A DNA stretch of 64,000 nt, taken from contig OZ024740.1 of NCBI GenBank assembly GCA_964016885.1, positions 113,956,001-114,020,000 of the forward strand, given 5' to 3'. The stretch is from Eledone cirrhosa. Lineage: Eukaryota. Below, piece after piece: positions 26,703-40,261 of this stretch; position 1 is the first letter of the stretch, and every line of letters begins with the position of its first letter. Both the position numbers and the translations under genes were made by a program. The notes beneath the pieces are model-generated. The model made no database searches. It was not told the origin of the DNA and saw nothing but the letters and a program-made list of their open reading frames with translations.

Positions 26703-26891
26703 CCCGTTCTTTACCAGCGAACGTTTCCACGAACCAAAGTATCGTCTTCCTGTCTTCCTCTGGTTGCAACGTTTTTTGAAATATCCAGTTCTGCGTTTAC
26801 AGATTGACTTTGTTAGTTTCAGAAGATCCCGTTAAGGGTGAAAGCTGCGATTCTTTGCTTAAACTTTAATCTGTTATTTTAATAAATAATC

Positions 26892-26958
<67 letters not shown>

Positions 26959-27124
26959 AATATATGTGTGTATATATATATATATTTATATAATATATAT
27001 ATATTTATTTATATATATATATATATATGTATGTATGAATATATATATATATATATATAATATATATTTATTTATTTATATATATATATAATATATATAT
27101 ATATATAATATGTATATATTTATT

Positions 27125-27180
<56 letters not shown>

Positions 27181-27743
27181 GCAAGGAAGCAAGTGAAAAT
27201 GAAATAAGAAACTATATCTTGTCATTAATCAAAAGGGCGATAAATGCTAGATTATTTTCCTTAGTAAAAACAAACCTAGCGGATAAATTTCAATTAAATT
27301 TAGAATATCGTATTTTGCTTACCGATAAGCATAATTTAGAAAATGTTTTAAAACAGACGTGAAATATTTCCTTCCTACTTATTGGCTGAATATTTGTGGG
27401 ATTGAATGTGTCTTTGTGTATGTCGCTGGGAGTTTGTTGTGTGCGTATTTGATGTGTGTATGTGTTTGCATGTGTGTGGAGACATTAACAATGAACTATA
27501 TCAAATATCAAAATAGCATTTTTCAATTTATATGTGTGTGTGCTTGTATGTATATATACACTAATGTAGGTACAAACTCAAACACCTACATATATACATA
27601 TATCTATATATAAACAACCATACAGTGCATATCTCTTGGTCTCTTACAAAGCGCTGAGAAAATAAATTTATTATATAGAATCATAAAATATCGTATAAAA
27701 TAGGGTAAAGATCCTTAATAGATGGAAAAAGAGTTTCCATCAA

Positions 27744-27813
27744 CCACTACGAGGAATTGAAACCTGTATCTCACAGATACCGAGTAGGCACTTTTAATCA
27801 TTGAGCCAAGGAT
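27744..27813 (-). mobile_element. Degenerate tRNA-like SINE head
   Basis: Minus strand tggctcaatgattaaaagtg...caggtttcaattcct carries A- and B-box-like motifs but no acceptor stem. Confidence 0.45.
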
Positions 27814-27848
27814 CCGTGACAACTATTATCGTATTAAATTAGATTAGG

Positions 27849-28037
27849 GTGGTGGATTGGCAGTATGGGTAGAGAGTCGGACGCCATGCTTTGCAGCAAA
27901 GAGTTGTGGTCCGTAATGGTCTGAGTTCAAATCCCGCCGAGGTTAACTTTGCCTTTCATTCTTACGGGATCGATAAAATAAAGTACCAGTAATACACTGA
28001 GTTAATTGCTGGCCTTGTGCCAAAACTAGAAACAATT
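27849..28037 (+). mobile_element. tRNA-derived SINE, family A (copy 2)
   Basis: Collinear with 1543-1728. Confidence 0.85.
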
Positions 28038-28569
28038 AAATTAGATTGACAGCTGAATCACAGCTTTCAGATATCAACAGATATATTTATGTAAAAAAAC
28101 GGACTCTTACAAAGCACTGAGAAGTTAAAGTGAAAATAAAGAATGATGAGCTTATGTACGGAGATGCTATAAAATGAGTATATCCCTATATATGTAATAC
28201 ATCACAATATATGTAAGACCACTGCGTCACACCTGAACAAAACACTACAACCTTCATTATTCTGAAATGTTAAATTTGAAATGATAATATTCATAAAAAC
28301 TAAAGAACGCTATCGTTTCAAACTAAATTATGAACTTATATGGAAATATTAAATATTCTTAACTAAAAATCCAATTATATATATATAATTAACTTTTGTA
28401 AAGGAAGGGAGACCACAGAAGAGAAGGTACATAAATTGAAGATTAAAATCATTTCTGTATTGATAGAACTGTTGTATTCGTTTGAAACCAATTAGGAGGA
28501 TGAAGCCATCTCGTCAATCATTGAAACATTATATGTATGTTCTTCTGGTTTTATAATTTCACAAATATT

Positions 28570-31500
28570 TTCCCAATAGCGAGAAAGTCGGTTTCTAACA
28601 TAGACACAAGACTCTCTCATTGGAATTTACACATCAACTAGGTAGATTATGTATGCATTCATGCATGTGTAGGTATGGATGTTATTGTATGTGTATGATT
28701 TGAGTTGTATGTGTGCATGTATATATGCTTTGTATATGTACATGTGTATAAGCAGTTATTGGATGCAAAACCTTTGGAATGTTTTAAATATTTTTACTGT
28801 TCCATTAATGGATTGTACTTGTAATTTCCTAACTAGTTGTGTTCTCTCTGTTCCTGTGAAGCCTAGCTTCTCAAGATTTGTATTGAGGCAGTTACTAACA
28901 TATCCCAGTGCCCCAATAATCACAGGCATAAATCTGAAGGTGTAATCAGGTTGGAGTATCGGCAGATTTCTCATCAGTTCTGCATAAATATTCTCCCTTT
29001 CGCTAATCTTTGATATTATATTGGCATCTGCTGGGCAGCTAATTTCGACTACTGAGCATGCTTTCTTCTCCCTGTCCCATATCATAATATCTGGTCTGTT
29101 ACGCCTGCATTTTATTCGGGTTTTTACTGGAACATTCCATCAGTACTCTTTCATATTATGTACATGGATGTCTTCCACTTTGCTGTAGGTTTTAATGTGT
29201 TTATTATCGGGGCTATCTTTTTTACGGACTGCATTATACAGTGTTTTGGCCACTACATCATGCCTCATAGATAGATATTAGCGCGATGACATCTTTGGAC
29301 AGCTGTTTCATGATATGGGTGATATCCGCGATGGTAGTTCTACAGAGTCTGCACTTGTTATCACATCTAGGTGTTTTGCCTGCATCTCTATCTCTTTTGT
29401 GAATCAGATATTTCATGTTAATTTCCTGTTCTTGGATTGCAAAAGCGTATCCTTCAAAGTGGGAGCCAATATAGCGGTTGTTGGTCCAAGATACACTACT
29501 TTCCTTACCTATATTACTCTGACTCTGGATCTTCCTGGCAACATATCCATGCATGTTCTTTTGCTGATAAGCATGCAGTTTTTCATCCATGGATTCACTG
29601 TTTAGCGACTTCCGTGGGTGTGTGATTGTGATTATCACACAGGGAATATTTCTCGAGGAGTTCCTTCCCAACTCTCATGACCTTATCTGTTTCATGCAGA
29701 TAGACTTGCTCGAGAGACGAGCTTCTACGCTTCGAGGTTTGTAGATGTTGTCGGAGGGATATGATGCGACATTCAAATGCTGTCTGGACTGATGTTAGGC
29801 CTCTGCCTCCCTGCTTGCGTTTCAAGTAAAGGCGGTCTGTGTCACTGTTGTTGTAGAAGTTTCCGGTGTTTTTTAGTATTTTTCGAGTTCCAACATCAAC
29901 TGCTCGGATTTCGTCTATCGTCCAATTGAGTATTCCAAACGTTGATGTTAGGACAGGCACAGCAAACACATTGTGAGCCACTGTTTTGTTTTGCGCAGAG
30001 AGTTCCGATGACCAGATCTTTCTCAATCGGTTGTAGTATTCCTGGTTACGCGTTCCTTATTACAGATACCATTATAGGATATATTCTCATCTATCCCCTT
30101 GGTATCTCTAGCAGTTCTCATTAGATATCGGTGAAAAGGTTAGGCCATTGAAGACAATGTTGCTAGATTGGGTGTTGTTTTTCCCCGCTTTAGAGTCATG
30201 TATGACCATTTATCTTGGCCAAACTCCATTCCTATATCCATTGAGAACGTTGTAACCAGGTCAAGATTTTTCTTCATCCCATCCATGTTCTTGGCATAGA
30301 GGTTCAGATCACCCACAAAGAATTTATGGGTTAGGTTCGTATTTCTGTCCTCCCGTGATCCAATGATGTATACCTCACATTTCTAGAGCAGAAAAGACAA
30401 GGGGTTTAATGACAAGATGTATAATATCACAGATAAACTGTCTCCCTGAAATATACCCCTGCGATATTTTATTTTATCAGTGAAAATAGAGTCCTTCCAC
30501 TGTCTTTAACCTTAGGATAGTAGCCCAAGAAGAAGACAGCTTCTCTATGGCTCTCATAATAATGTCTGGCACTTTAACAAGCTGGAAGGCCTCTATCATC
30601 CAAGAGTGGGGAACAGAATCGAAAGCTTTCTTGTAGTCCATCCAGACTGTAGCCATATTCTTCCTAAGTTGTCGCACCTCCCACATCGCAGTTCTGATGA
30701 TTAAGAGTTGTTCAGCACATCCCCAAACCCCTTTCTTTCCAGCTGCTTGTTCATCTGTGATGATGTTATTATTTTCAGTGATCTTGGAGGAATAGGTTCA
30801 GGCAGCGTGTATACATCTTATACATCAGTTTGTGTCATGCAATGGTTCGGTAGTTTTTTGCCAAGTGGGTATATTTGTTGTTGGGGACCTGTAATGTGTG
30901 TGCTAATGTGAACCATTCTGGTATAAGTGTATCTCCCTTAAGAACTTGTTGGTAGAGCTCAGTAAGATACCGCCGATAGAATATCAGTTTTTTGTACCGG
31001 TAGCCGACAATGATGTCTCTTCCTGGTGTTTTCTTATCTTGAAGTTTTCCTATCACAGTCTGAAGGGTACCCTCACTTATTTCGTATGGTTTCATCGTGT
31101 AGGAGCAATAGTTCTTTCGGATTTCTCTCAGCCACACTGCATCTTGGTTGAATTTTTTCTTTTTTCACCCCATATTTTGCTCCAAAAGGAATCTATGTCT
31201 TTCTGGGATGGGGCCTCAGTGACACTTATTATTTTGTTCTTCATATCTCTATAGACTGATGTTTGGTTTCGTCTGAATCTTTTATTAAGCACTTTTCTCT
31301 CATCTAACTTCTTCAGGTATCGGCGTTTTTCGCTAACAGCTCTCAATTCTTGTTTGAGGGTGATCAGCTTATATTGGAGAGTTCTGGTTCTACTGTTACC
31401 AAACATCGTCTCTATTTTATTTTTCACTCTTTGTTGGTGAGGAGTGAGGTTGTTTTGTGTTTGTTTGCATGTAAGGAGCATTGTCACATATCCTATGGTT

Positions 31501-31615
31501 TTTCATAGGGCAGCAATCTTTTTTTCTATTTTAGTTATATATGATTGTATTTTTGGTGGTGTTCTGTTGTTGTTAATATCTCTGCTATCACCAAGATAAT
31601 GCTTCACTGTCGTTA
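28570..31615 (-). pseudogene. Decayed R4/Dong-type LINE
   Basis: Fragments KTPGRD, NYRTIA, WMDYKKAFDSVPH, RKQGGRGL, AIQEQEI, KCRLC and VVEISCP..IIGALG, with many frameshifts. Confidence 0.88.
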
Positions 31616-31689
31616 CTAACTAAGGCATATAAGCAGTATGTATGTTATCTCTTTCTCTTAATTTCGAGTATATTGTTTTGACCGGCCAC

Positions 31690-32585
31690 CTTCCTGGTGG
31701 CAAGGTTGTAAAAGAAAAGAAATGGTCATCCCTTGAATCGCAAGAATGTTTTGCAAATTTTGAAGGTGCCAGCTATCGCAGCCATTTGTAGACTATGAAT
31801 TAGGGAGCTGCGCTCTTTGTCCGCAAATCTAAGTTCAGTCATACTTTGGTCCAAGCGGGTTGGTATATAACCCGTAGCTCCAATAATGATGGGTATGAAG
31901 CTAAAGGTGTATCTTGGATACTGGATTTGTAAACTCCTCATCAATGGTCCGTAGATGTCCCCCTTCTCCTGTATTTTTCTGACAACGTTTACATCAAGTG
32001 GGCAGCTAATCTCCACAACAGAACAGGTTTTCAATGTGTGGTCCCAAACAACAATATTAGGCCGGTTGTGCTTTAATTTGGTGGCAGATTTTTTTGATTT
32101 TCAGGTTCCACCAGTATTCCTTAGTGCCATCTGTCTCAATATATTCTTCCTCGTTTGTTGTTAATTTTGTTTTCCGAAGTGCGTTCAAGGTGGTTCTAGC
32201 TATCCCATCGTGTCACATGGGAGGTAGTAGCGAGATGACATTCTTTCGCAGCTGGCAACAATGTTACTTACATCCTCGCTCTTTGTTTTACATAGCCTAC
32301 ATTTATTGTCAGCTGATGTCCCTCCCCTTTTGTGAAGCAGATATTTGGTAGGGAGTTCTTGTTCCTGTATTGCATAGAGATATCCCTCAAGGTGTGATGT
32401 CATAAAATTGTCGGAACTCCATGCCAGGCATTTTGAGTGGTTCATCCCTCTATGGTCTGTGTTTTACGTCTCAAGTATCCATGCACAACTTTTTCTGTAA
32501 ATTGGTCAATTTTTTCATCTTGTTTGAACATTGAATAGGATCTTCCGATTTCTCTGGGTGGGAGATTTATATCAGGCTTTATTCC
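31690..32585 (-). pseudogene. 3' fragment of a second decayed R4/Dong-type LINE
   Basis: EGYLYAIQEQE, KCRLCKTKSED, VVEISCPLD and IIIGATG. Confidence 0.85.
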
Positions 32586-32706
32586 ATTATGTATGTATGT
32601 ATGTATGTATGTATGTATGTATGTATGTATGTATGTATGTATGTATATATGTATGTAATATATGTCAGGTCACAACTTGGTGGTCACCACTTGTCAGGTC
32701 ACCACT

Positions 32707-33318
32707 ATGTCAGGTCACCACTTGGTGCTACTGGTAACATGTATCCCAGTACAACCTGTCTCATGGTCGGGTCGTTGGCGACTAAACTGGCAACCCCACC
32801 AAGGTTTCTTGGTGAGGAGGGTGACTTTGGACATCCTGCAGGACTAAAAACAAAACCTGTCAAAAGGCAAAGGAGCTCTTAAGAGTCAATGGCCATCCAA
32901 AATCACTGGGAGAGATGACCCCTTAGCCTTTGTCAAGGCAGAATTCTAGGAGAAGGAAAACTCTGATATAACACCTGCCACCCTGATGGTATCCAATGAT
33001 GTTGACTTGTTCTTCTTTTTGGTAAATATCATCTTGGTTAAGAGAGTGGGACTGGCTTTGTGCAGTGCCTTTGCTCACTATAAATGCGTCACGGCACAGC
33101 CATTGCTTTGTATCTGGAGATCTCTCTGCACTTGTCGTCACATGGTACCAAAGGTAAAGCACTATGTGTCAATAATTGTCACAAGTGTAGTGTTTGTACC
33201 AGAGTTTTCAAGTCGCTGGCTGGACTAAAAAGTCACACTCGTTCAGCGCATCGGTAGGGGTTCTCCTACATGGATATAAAGTAGTGGCAGTACTCGAAAA
33301 CGAGTTGGCAGCCACCAT
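32707..33318 (+). mobile_element. RTE-derived non-autonomous element, family C (copy 1)
   Basis: Near-identical to 55802-56403. Carries the RTE-type 5'UTR motif ttagcctt..ctaggagaagg and a 3' end encoding a C2H2 remnant. Confidence 0.85.
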
Positions 33319-33659
33319 GTAATATATATACGATTATATATTACATATATATATGCAATTATAATAATACTGGACTGTAGTACGATCGGCTTCAACTATA
33401 CAAACTCTTGAAAGTCAACAGTTGACATAATCTTGTAATCTTGTATCAGTAATGACGGTAATATATATATATATATATGTGTGTGTGTGTTTGTGTGAGT
33501 AGAGTAGCGTGTGTGTGGTTGTTTGTATGTATGAGTGTTGCTGTGTGCGCGCATATGTAAGCGCGTGTGTGTATGTCGTACGTATAAGTGTCAATAAGTG
33601 ATTTTTTTTTATTTTTTTTTTGCGCGGGGACATATAAATAATCGGGTTGGATGCCCGAT

Positions 33660-33905
33660 CGCGCAGTTAAACCACTGGGAGAGAAGAACACCTAGCCCTT
33701 GTCAGGGCATTCTTCTAGGAGAAGGCATCTCAGGAAACTGTGTTAACTCCGACATAAAACCTGCGGCTCAGTAGTTACCGATGATGTTGATCTTTTCTTC
33801 TTTTCGGGTTATAGCTACTGTCGCTCAGAGAGTGGGATTGGCTCAGTGCACAATCTTTCCTCACTTTAAAAATATTCGTCACGCACAGGCATTGCACGAG
33901 AGCAT
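33660..33905 (+). mobile_element. Diverged relative of family C, middle fragment
   Basis: aaaccactgggagag..ctagcccttgtca..ctaggagaagg..atgatgttga..gagagtggga.tggct. Confidence 0.65.
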
Positions 33906-33993
33906 TAATAATTGTTGATAGTGTACTATTATTATTATTATTATTATTATTACTATTATTATTACTTTTTTTTTTTTTTTTTTCCCCAATTCA

Positions 33994-36900
33994 ATGATGT
34001 TCCAGAACAATATAAAAGAGATAATTGGCAATTTAGGTTCTGGAACAAAAAAGATAATTGGCAATAAGGGCAGGGGCCCCAGGTTATCACAGCCTGGGCC
34101 CGCTCGTCATCGTGCCATTGTAATAGAGCCAAACAAGGGATTTAGTCTTGGCTGCTGGAACCTACGGACGCTGCTTGACAGGGATTCCTTGGGGCGTCCT
34201 GAACGAAGGACCGCTCTTGTTGCAAAGGAGCTTCGACGTTACGATTTTGACATCGTGGCTTTATCTGAGACGAGGCTAGCTGGATATGGTCATCTTACGG
34301 AATTTTGTGGAGAATATACATTCTTCTGGAAAGGAAGAGATGAAGGAACCAGAAGAGAGGCTGGGGTAGGATTTGCTGTTAAGACTGTGCTTGTGAACAA
34401 ATTAGAAGAATTCCCAGTAGGGATTAGTGAGCGTCTTATGTCCATGAAAGTTCCGCTGGACAAGGGAAGATATGCTACCCTGGCGAGTGTGTATGCTCCA
34501 ACTATGAGTTCTGTCGATGAGGAAAAGGTGTCCTTTTACCATGCCTTGAAAGGTGTTTTAAGAAATATCCCTCAGGCAGACAAAGTCATCGTGCTTAGTG
34601 ACTTTAATGCTAGAGTGGGTAGGGATTTTAACACATGGAATGTAATAGGAAGGCATGGGGTGGGAAAGTGTAACAGCAATGGTGTGCTCCTGCTGCAGAT
34701 GTGTGAGGTGCTGGATCTGTGTGTTACCAACACCATGTTCCAACAAAAGAACAAATTGAAGACCACATGGATGCATCCTGCATCTAAGGAATGGCATATT
34801 TTGGACTACCTCCTAGTCAGGATGCGTGACAGACAGGATGTGCAGTGTGTTCGTGTTCTTCGTGGAGCTGAGTGCTGGACGGACCACCGCCTGGTACGCG
34901 CAAAAGTGAAACTAATCACTAAACGTAAAATCCGGACTCCTGGTGTTGCCCTGCCCAAAAGATTGAATGCTGCTCGTCTTAAGGATAAAAATGTGAAGAG
35001 GACATTGGAAGAAGAGATGCAGGCTGCAGATCTTGGTGAGGATTGGCCGACCCTTAAAAAGTCGGTTTATGATGTAGGCAGGCGTGTTCTGGGATTGGCG
35101 CAGAGGAAACATCAGGACTGGTTTGATGAGAATGATGTACATATAGAAGACTTGTTGGCTGATAAGAGGCGTGCTCTGTCACGCTACTTGACGGCAAAGC
35201 CACAGGAGAGGAATACGTTGCATGAGGATCTCAGGGATGTAAAATCACGTGTTAGGCGGAGTCTTTCTCAGATGAAGGATCAGTGGTGGAGTGAGAAGGC
35301 TGGTGAGATACAAACTGCGTCTGATTCCAATAACACAAAGCTGTTGTACAGTCTCTTGCGTGAGGTTTATAGACCGTCTTCTTCTCTGGTGACACCGCTT
35401 CGCAGCAGGGATGGCAAAGAACTTCTTCGTGACTCACAAGGAATTCTACGAAGGTGGCGAGAGCACTTTGATGATCTTTTAAATCAGCTGTCTGTCGTCA
35501 GTGAAGATTTCTTCAATCTCATTCCAGAAAGTCCTGTGAAAGTAGCTCTCGCAGAACCTCCGACGCTTGTGGAGGTTGCAGTGGCTATTTCGAAGCTGAA
35601 CGGTGGAAGATCTCCAGGTATGGATGGCATACATGCTGAGCTCCTACAATATGGTGGTGAGAGACTCCTGCAACATCCTCACTCTTTGTTTGGCAGGATA
35701 TGGGCTAATGAATCCGTACCTGAGGACTGGAGAGATGCAGTAATGGTGGTCTTGTACAAGGGAAAGGGTAACAGGAACGATTGTGGGAACTACAGAGGTA
35801 TATCATTGCTTTCTGTCGTAGGGAAAGTTTTATGTAGGGTGCTTCTGGACCGTCTGCTGACACACATTGCAGATTGTGTTATTCCTGAAAGTCAATCTGG
35901 TTTTCGTGCTGGACGCGGCACTACTGATATGATCTTCTCAGCTAGCTCCAGGAGAAGTGCATGGAACAAGGCTTGGATCTGTATCAGGTTTTTGTCGATC
36001 TGACAAAAGCTTTCGATACTGTTAACAGAGATGCATTATGGAAGGTTCTCCAGAAACTTGGTTGCCCTCATAAGTTCCTTGCTTTAGTTAGGTCTTTCCA
36101 TGACGACATGAATGCTTGGGTTAGTGTCGGGGGTAACATGTCGAAGCCTATCTCAGTAAAAAATGGAGTGAAACAGGGGGATGTTCCAGCACCGACCCTG
36201 TTTGCCATATACTTTGCAATGGTTTTCTGTATTGCATTCAGGAATTGCGAGCATGGTGTTTACATCCGATATCGAACCTCAGGCAGCATATTTAACATCA
36301 GGCGCTTTACTGCGAAGACAAAAGTATTTACATCAATCATAAGAGACCTCTTGTATGCAGATGATTGCAATCTTGTAGCGCACACAGAGAGTGATATGCA
36401 GCACATTTTGAATGCATTTTCTGACGCTTGCACTGCCCTAGGTCTGACTGTCAGTCTCAAGAAAACCGTCGTCATATACCAACCTGCCCCTGGTAAGCAG
36501 TACGCTGAACCAAACATCTATGTGTATGGCAAACGACTTGGAGTGGTTGATCAGTTTGTCTACCTGGGATACACTGTCTATCGATACAGCAACCTTGACA
36601 GTGAAATCTCACTTAGGATTGGGAAAGCAAGTGATGCTTTCGGAAAGCTAGAAAGGCGACTCTGGGGTCGGCGAGACATATGCAGGAGGACAAAGGTAAA
36701 GGTGTACAGGGAATGTGTGCTCTCTTGTCTTCTTTATGCCTGCGAGACCTGGGTCACATATTGACACCACCTTAGGCAATTGGAGCGTTTCCATCAGAGG
36801 TGTCTTAGACGGATCCATGGCGTTCGCTGGAGGGACCACATCAGTGATGTCGAGATTTTGGAAAGCTCTATGTGTGACAGTATAGAAGCTCTTGTGCTTA

Positions 36901-37535
36901 AGCAACGACTCCGTTGGAGTGGTCACCTTGCCAGGATGAAGGATTCTAGAATACCAAAACAACTCTTTTATGGAGAGTTGGTTAAAGGAAAACGACCGCC
37001 ACATAAACCAAAAAAGAGGTATAAGGATTCCTTGAAAGCCTCTCTGAAAGACGCTAACATCTCTGCTGATACATGGGAGAATATTGCTGCTGATCGAAAT
37101 AAATGGAGAAAGACTGTATATGGGGGAAAAGTTGCCTTTGAGGCATCTCGAATCGCATACGAGAAAGTAAAGCGGGATGTGAGGAAGGGCATTGCTGTTG
37201 CACTTCCAGACGGCGAGGGTCCTCTTATGGTGCTGACATGCAGCGTATGTGCGAGACTCTGCCTAAGCAAAGCTGGACTCGAAAGTCATCTTCGCAGTCA
37301 TAAAGTAAGACCAGTGGTTCACTACCAGGCTGCTGTTGGAGATGCTACTCATCATGATTGCCAAACATGTGGTAGAGAATGTAAATCAGCAGGAGCGCTC
37401 AAGCGACATGCAAAAGTACACGAACTCCAGCCACAGCCGACTATTCCCAGTGAATGTTCTGGTTGCCGACTCTGTGCAAGACATTTTAGATCATTGGCTG
37501 GGCTAAAAATCCACATTCGATCGCAGCGCTGTTAG
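33994..37535 (+). pseudogene. RTE-clade LINE ORF (APE + RT + three C2H2 fingers), one frameshift (~35945) and one stop (36762-36764)
   Basis: WNLRTL, ALSETRL, YAPT, DFNARVG, TDH, YRGISLLS, DLTKAFD, GVKQG, YADD and LRWSGH. True start uncertain. Confidence 0.92.
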
Positions 37536-37543
37536 TTGCTATC

Positions 37544-37575
<32 letters not shown>

Positions 37576-37757
37576 GCTTATGTGTGTACGTGTGTGTGTA
37601 TATATATATGTATATGTATATTATTATTGTTGTTGTCGTTATTATTATTGTTGTTATTATTATTATTATTATTATTGTTATTAATGTATGTGTGTGTGTA
37701 TATGTGTGTGTGAGTGTGTGTGTGTGTGTGTATATGTGTATGTATATGTATATAATC

Positions 37758-39611
37758 TATGCTGATCCTACGGAGGAGAGGATGGAGACTGTGGAGGTGA
37801 TGAGGGAAGAGCTCTGTACCGCTTACACTGAGGTCAGAGAGGAGGCACTGATAGAGAAGATCAGAAGTGTGGAGAGAGCGGTTGACAGATCTGGATGTAA
37901 GGAGAGCTGGATGATCATCAACGAGATCACAGGGAGGAAGAAAAGGTGTTCGAGTCTGATCCAGGGAACGGGGCCCGAGGATAGGAAGAGGAAATGGCTA
38001 GACCATTTTAGGACCCTACTAGGAGAGCCACCCTCCACAGCCCAGAGCACTGGGGAGATCAGGCGGCTGTTTGAGGAACTAGATGTTGAGACAGAGCCCT
38101 TCACCAGAGAGGAGCTTCAGAGAGCCAAGAAGAAGATCAAGGAGGGCAAGGCTCATGGAGAAGATGGAGTGGCATCAGAGGTGATGAAGAGGTGTGATTT
38201 TAATGATATCATCCTGGGGTTCTGTAACGGGGCACTGGAGAAAGGAGTTGCCCCGAATCAGTGGAGGATCAGTAACATCGTCCCAGTGCCAAAGAAGGGA
38301 GATCTCTCTAACACCAACAACTACCGGGGGATCTCACTGACGTCACTTGTGGCAAAGACCCTCAACAGGATGATTCTTAACAGGATCCAGCCTGAGATGG
38401 AGAAGAAGCTCAGGGACAACCAGAACGGCTTCAGAGAGGGTAGATCAACCACCAGTCACATCCTGATGCTGAGGAGGATATTAGAGGGAGCTAGAGCAAA
38501 GTGCCTTCCTGCGGTCATGGTTTTCATTGACTTTAGGAAGGCCTTTGATTCTGTGGACCGTTACTGCCTGATGAAGATCTTACAGGCTTATGGATTCCCC
38601 AAGAGGATAGTGGACCTGATATCACTGCTCTACACCAACACCAAAGCCCAAGTCATTACACCTGATGGGATGACAGAGTTCTTTGAGATACTGGCTGGAG
38701 TGCTCCAGGGAGATACATTGGCTCCCTACCTTTTTATCATCGTAGTGTACTATTGTATGCGCCTTGCACTGGAGAAACACCAGGACACTGGCTTTACTGT
38801 AGCACCGGCTCAGAGCAGGAGAGTTGGGGCGAAAAAGGTATCGGATGCTGAATTTGCCGACGACATAGTTTTGGTGACAAATACAGTGAAGGAGGCAGAG
38901 GATTTGATGCGGGAGGTTGAGACTGTGTCGATGAGTGTGGGGCTGAGAATGAATGAGACTAAAACAAAATATCTGGTAGAGAATGTTGAGAAGCCAGAGG
39001 GGATCAATAATGTAGGCGGGAAGCCGCTGGAATTGGTTGAGGACTTCCTGTATTTGGGAGCAAAGATTGGGAATACGGAAGATGATGTGGTTGAGAGGAA
39101 GAGCAAGGCCTGGGCGGCGTGTCACAGCTTGAGATCGGTGTGGAAGTCGGACCTCCGTAGAGACCTGAAAATCCGCCTCTTCATTGCTGTCGTGGAGTCT
39201 GTGCTGCTGTATGGGTGTGAGACTTGGACACTGACCAAGAGACTCACTCAGATGGTGGATGGGTGCTACACGAGAATGCTGAGGATGGCTCTGAACATTA
39301 ATCAGTATACACTGAGGATGAAAAACTCAGAGCTGTATGGGAGCATCCCAAAAGTCAGCTCAAAAGTGACACAGAGGAGACTGAGGTTGGCTGGACATGC
39401 TCACCGACATCCAGAGTTGACATTGCACTCAGTGCTCCTTTGGGAGCCCCTACATGGATACACTAGAAGAGGAAGACCAAGGTTAACATATGTTGATGCC
39501 CTAAGGACAGACACTGGTCTGTTGGAGATGCAGGATATGGCAGCGATAATGAGGGACAGAGACCGCTGGAGAGAACTCGTCCATGGATCTCGGGAATTTT
39601 ACCCGCCTTAG
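37758..39611 (+). mobile_element. 5'-truncated RTE-like LINE with uninterrupted RT frame (~615 codons)
   Basis: YRGISL, DFRKAFDS, GVLQGD, FADD, LLYGCETW and RLAGH. No EN domain. The stop runs straight into a (TAGA)n tail. Confidence 0.92.
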
Positions 39612-39739
39612 ATAGATATATATATTTCTTTTTTTTTATTTCTTTTTTTTTATTTTATTTTTATTTATTTATTTATTATTATTTTTTTTTTTTTTCTCCT
39701 CGTGCAATGGCCATACTCGATAGCGAGGGGGCAGCCATC

Positions 39740-39772
<33 letters not shown>

Positions 39773-40191
39773 TGTATGTATGTATGTATGTATGTATGTA
39801 TGTGTGTGTGTATGTATGTATGTATGTATGTATGTATGAATGTATGTATGTATGTATGTGTGTATGTATGTATGTATGCACGCACGCACGCACAAGCACC
39901 CACCCTTACACACATATATATACATATACACATATGTATATATATATAAGGATGTATATATATATATATATATATATAAATCCGTATGTGGTTGACGGCT
40001 GAGGCATAGGCGTACTCAATACCGAAGTAGATTTTTAATATTCAATGTGTTAAGGCTGTATAGTTATTTTTGCTAAATCAACTGAGATGACCCCGAGATA
40101 AACGGGCGAAACTCCAGAGTAATAAGACACACTATTCAGCCTTAATAAAATGAATATATATGTATATATATGTATATACATACACACACGT

Positions 40192-40261
<70 letters not shown>

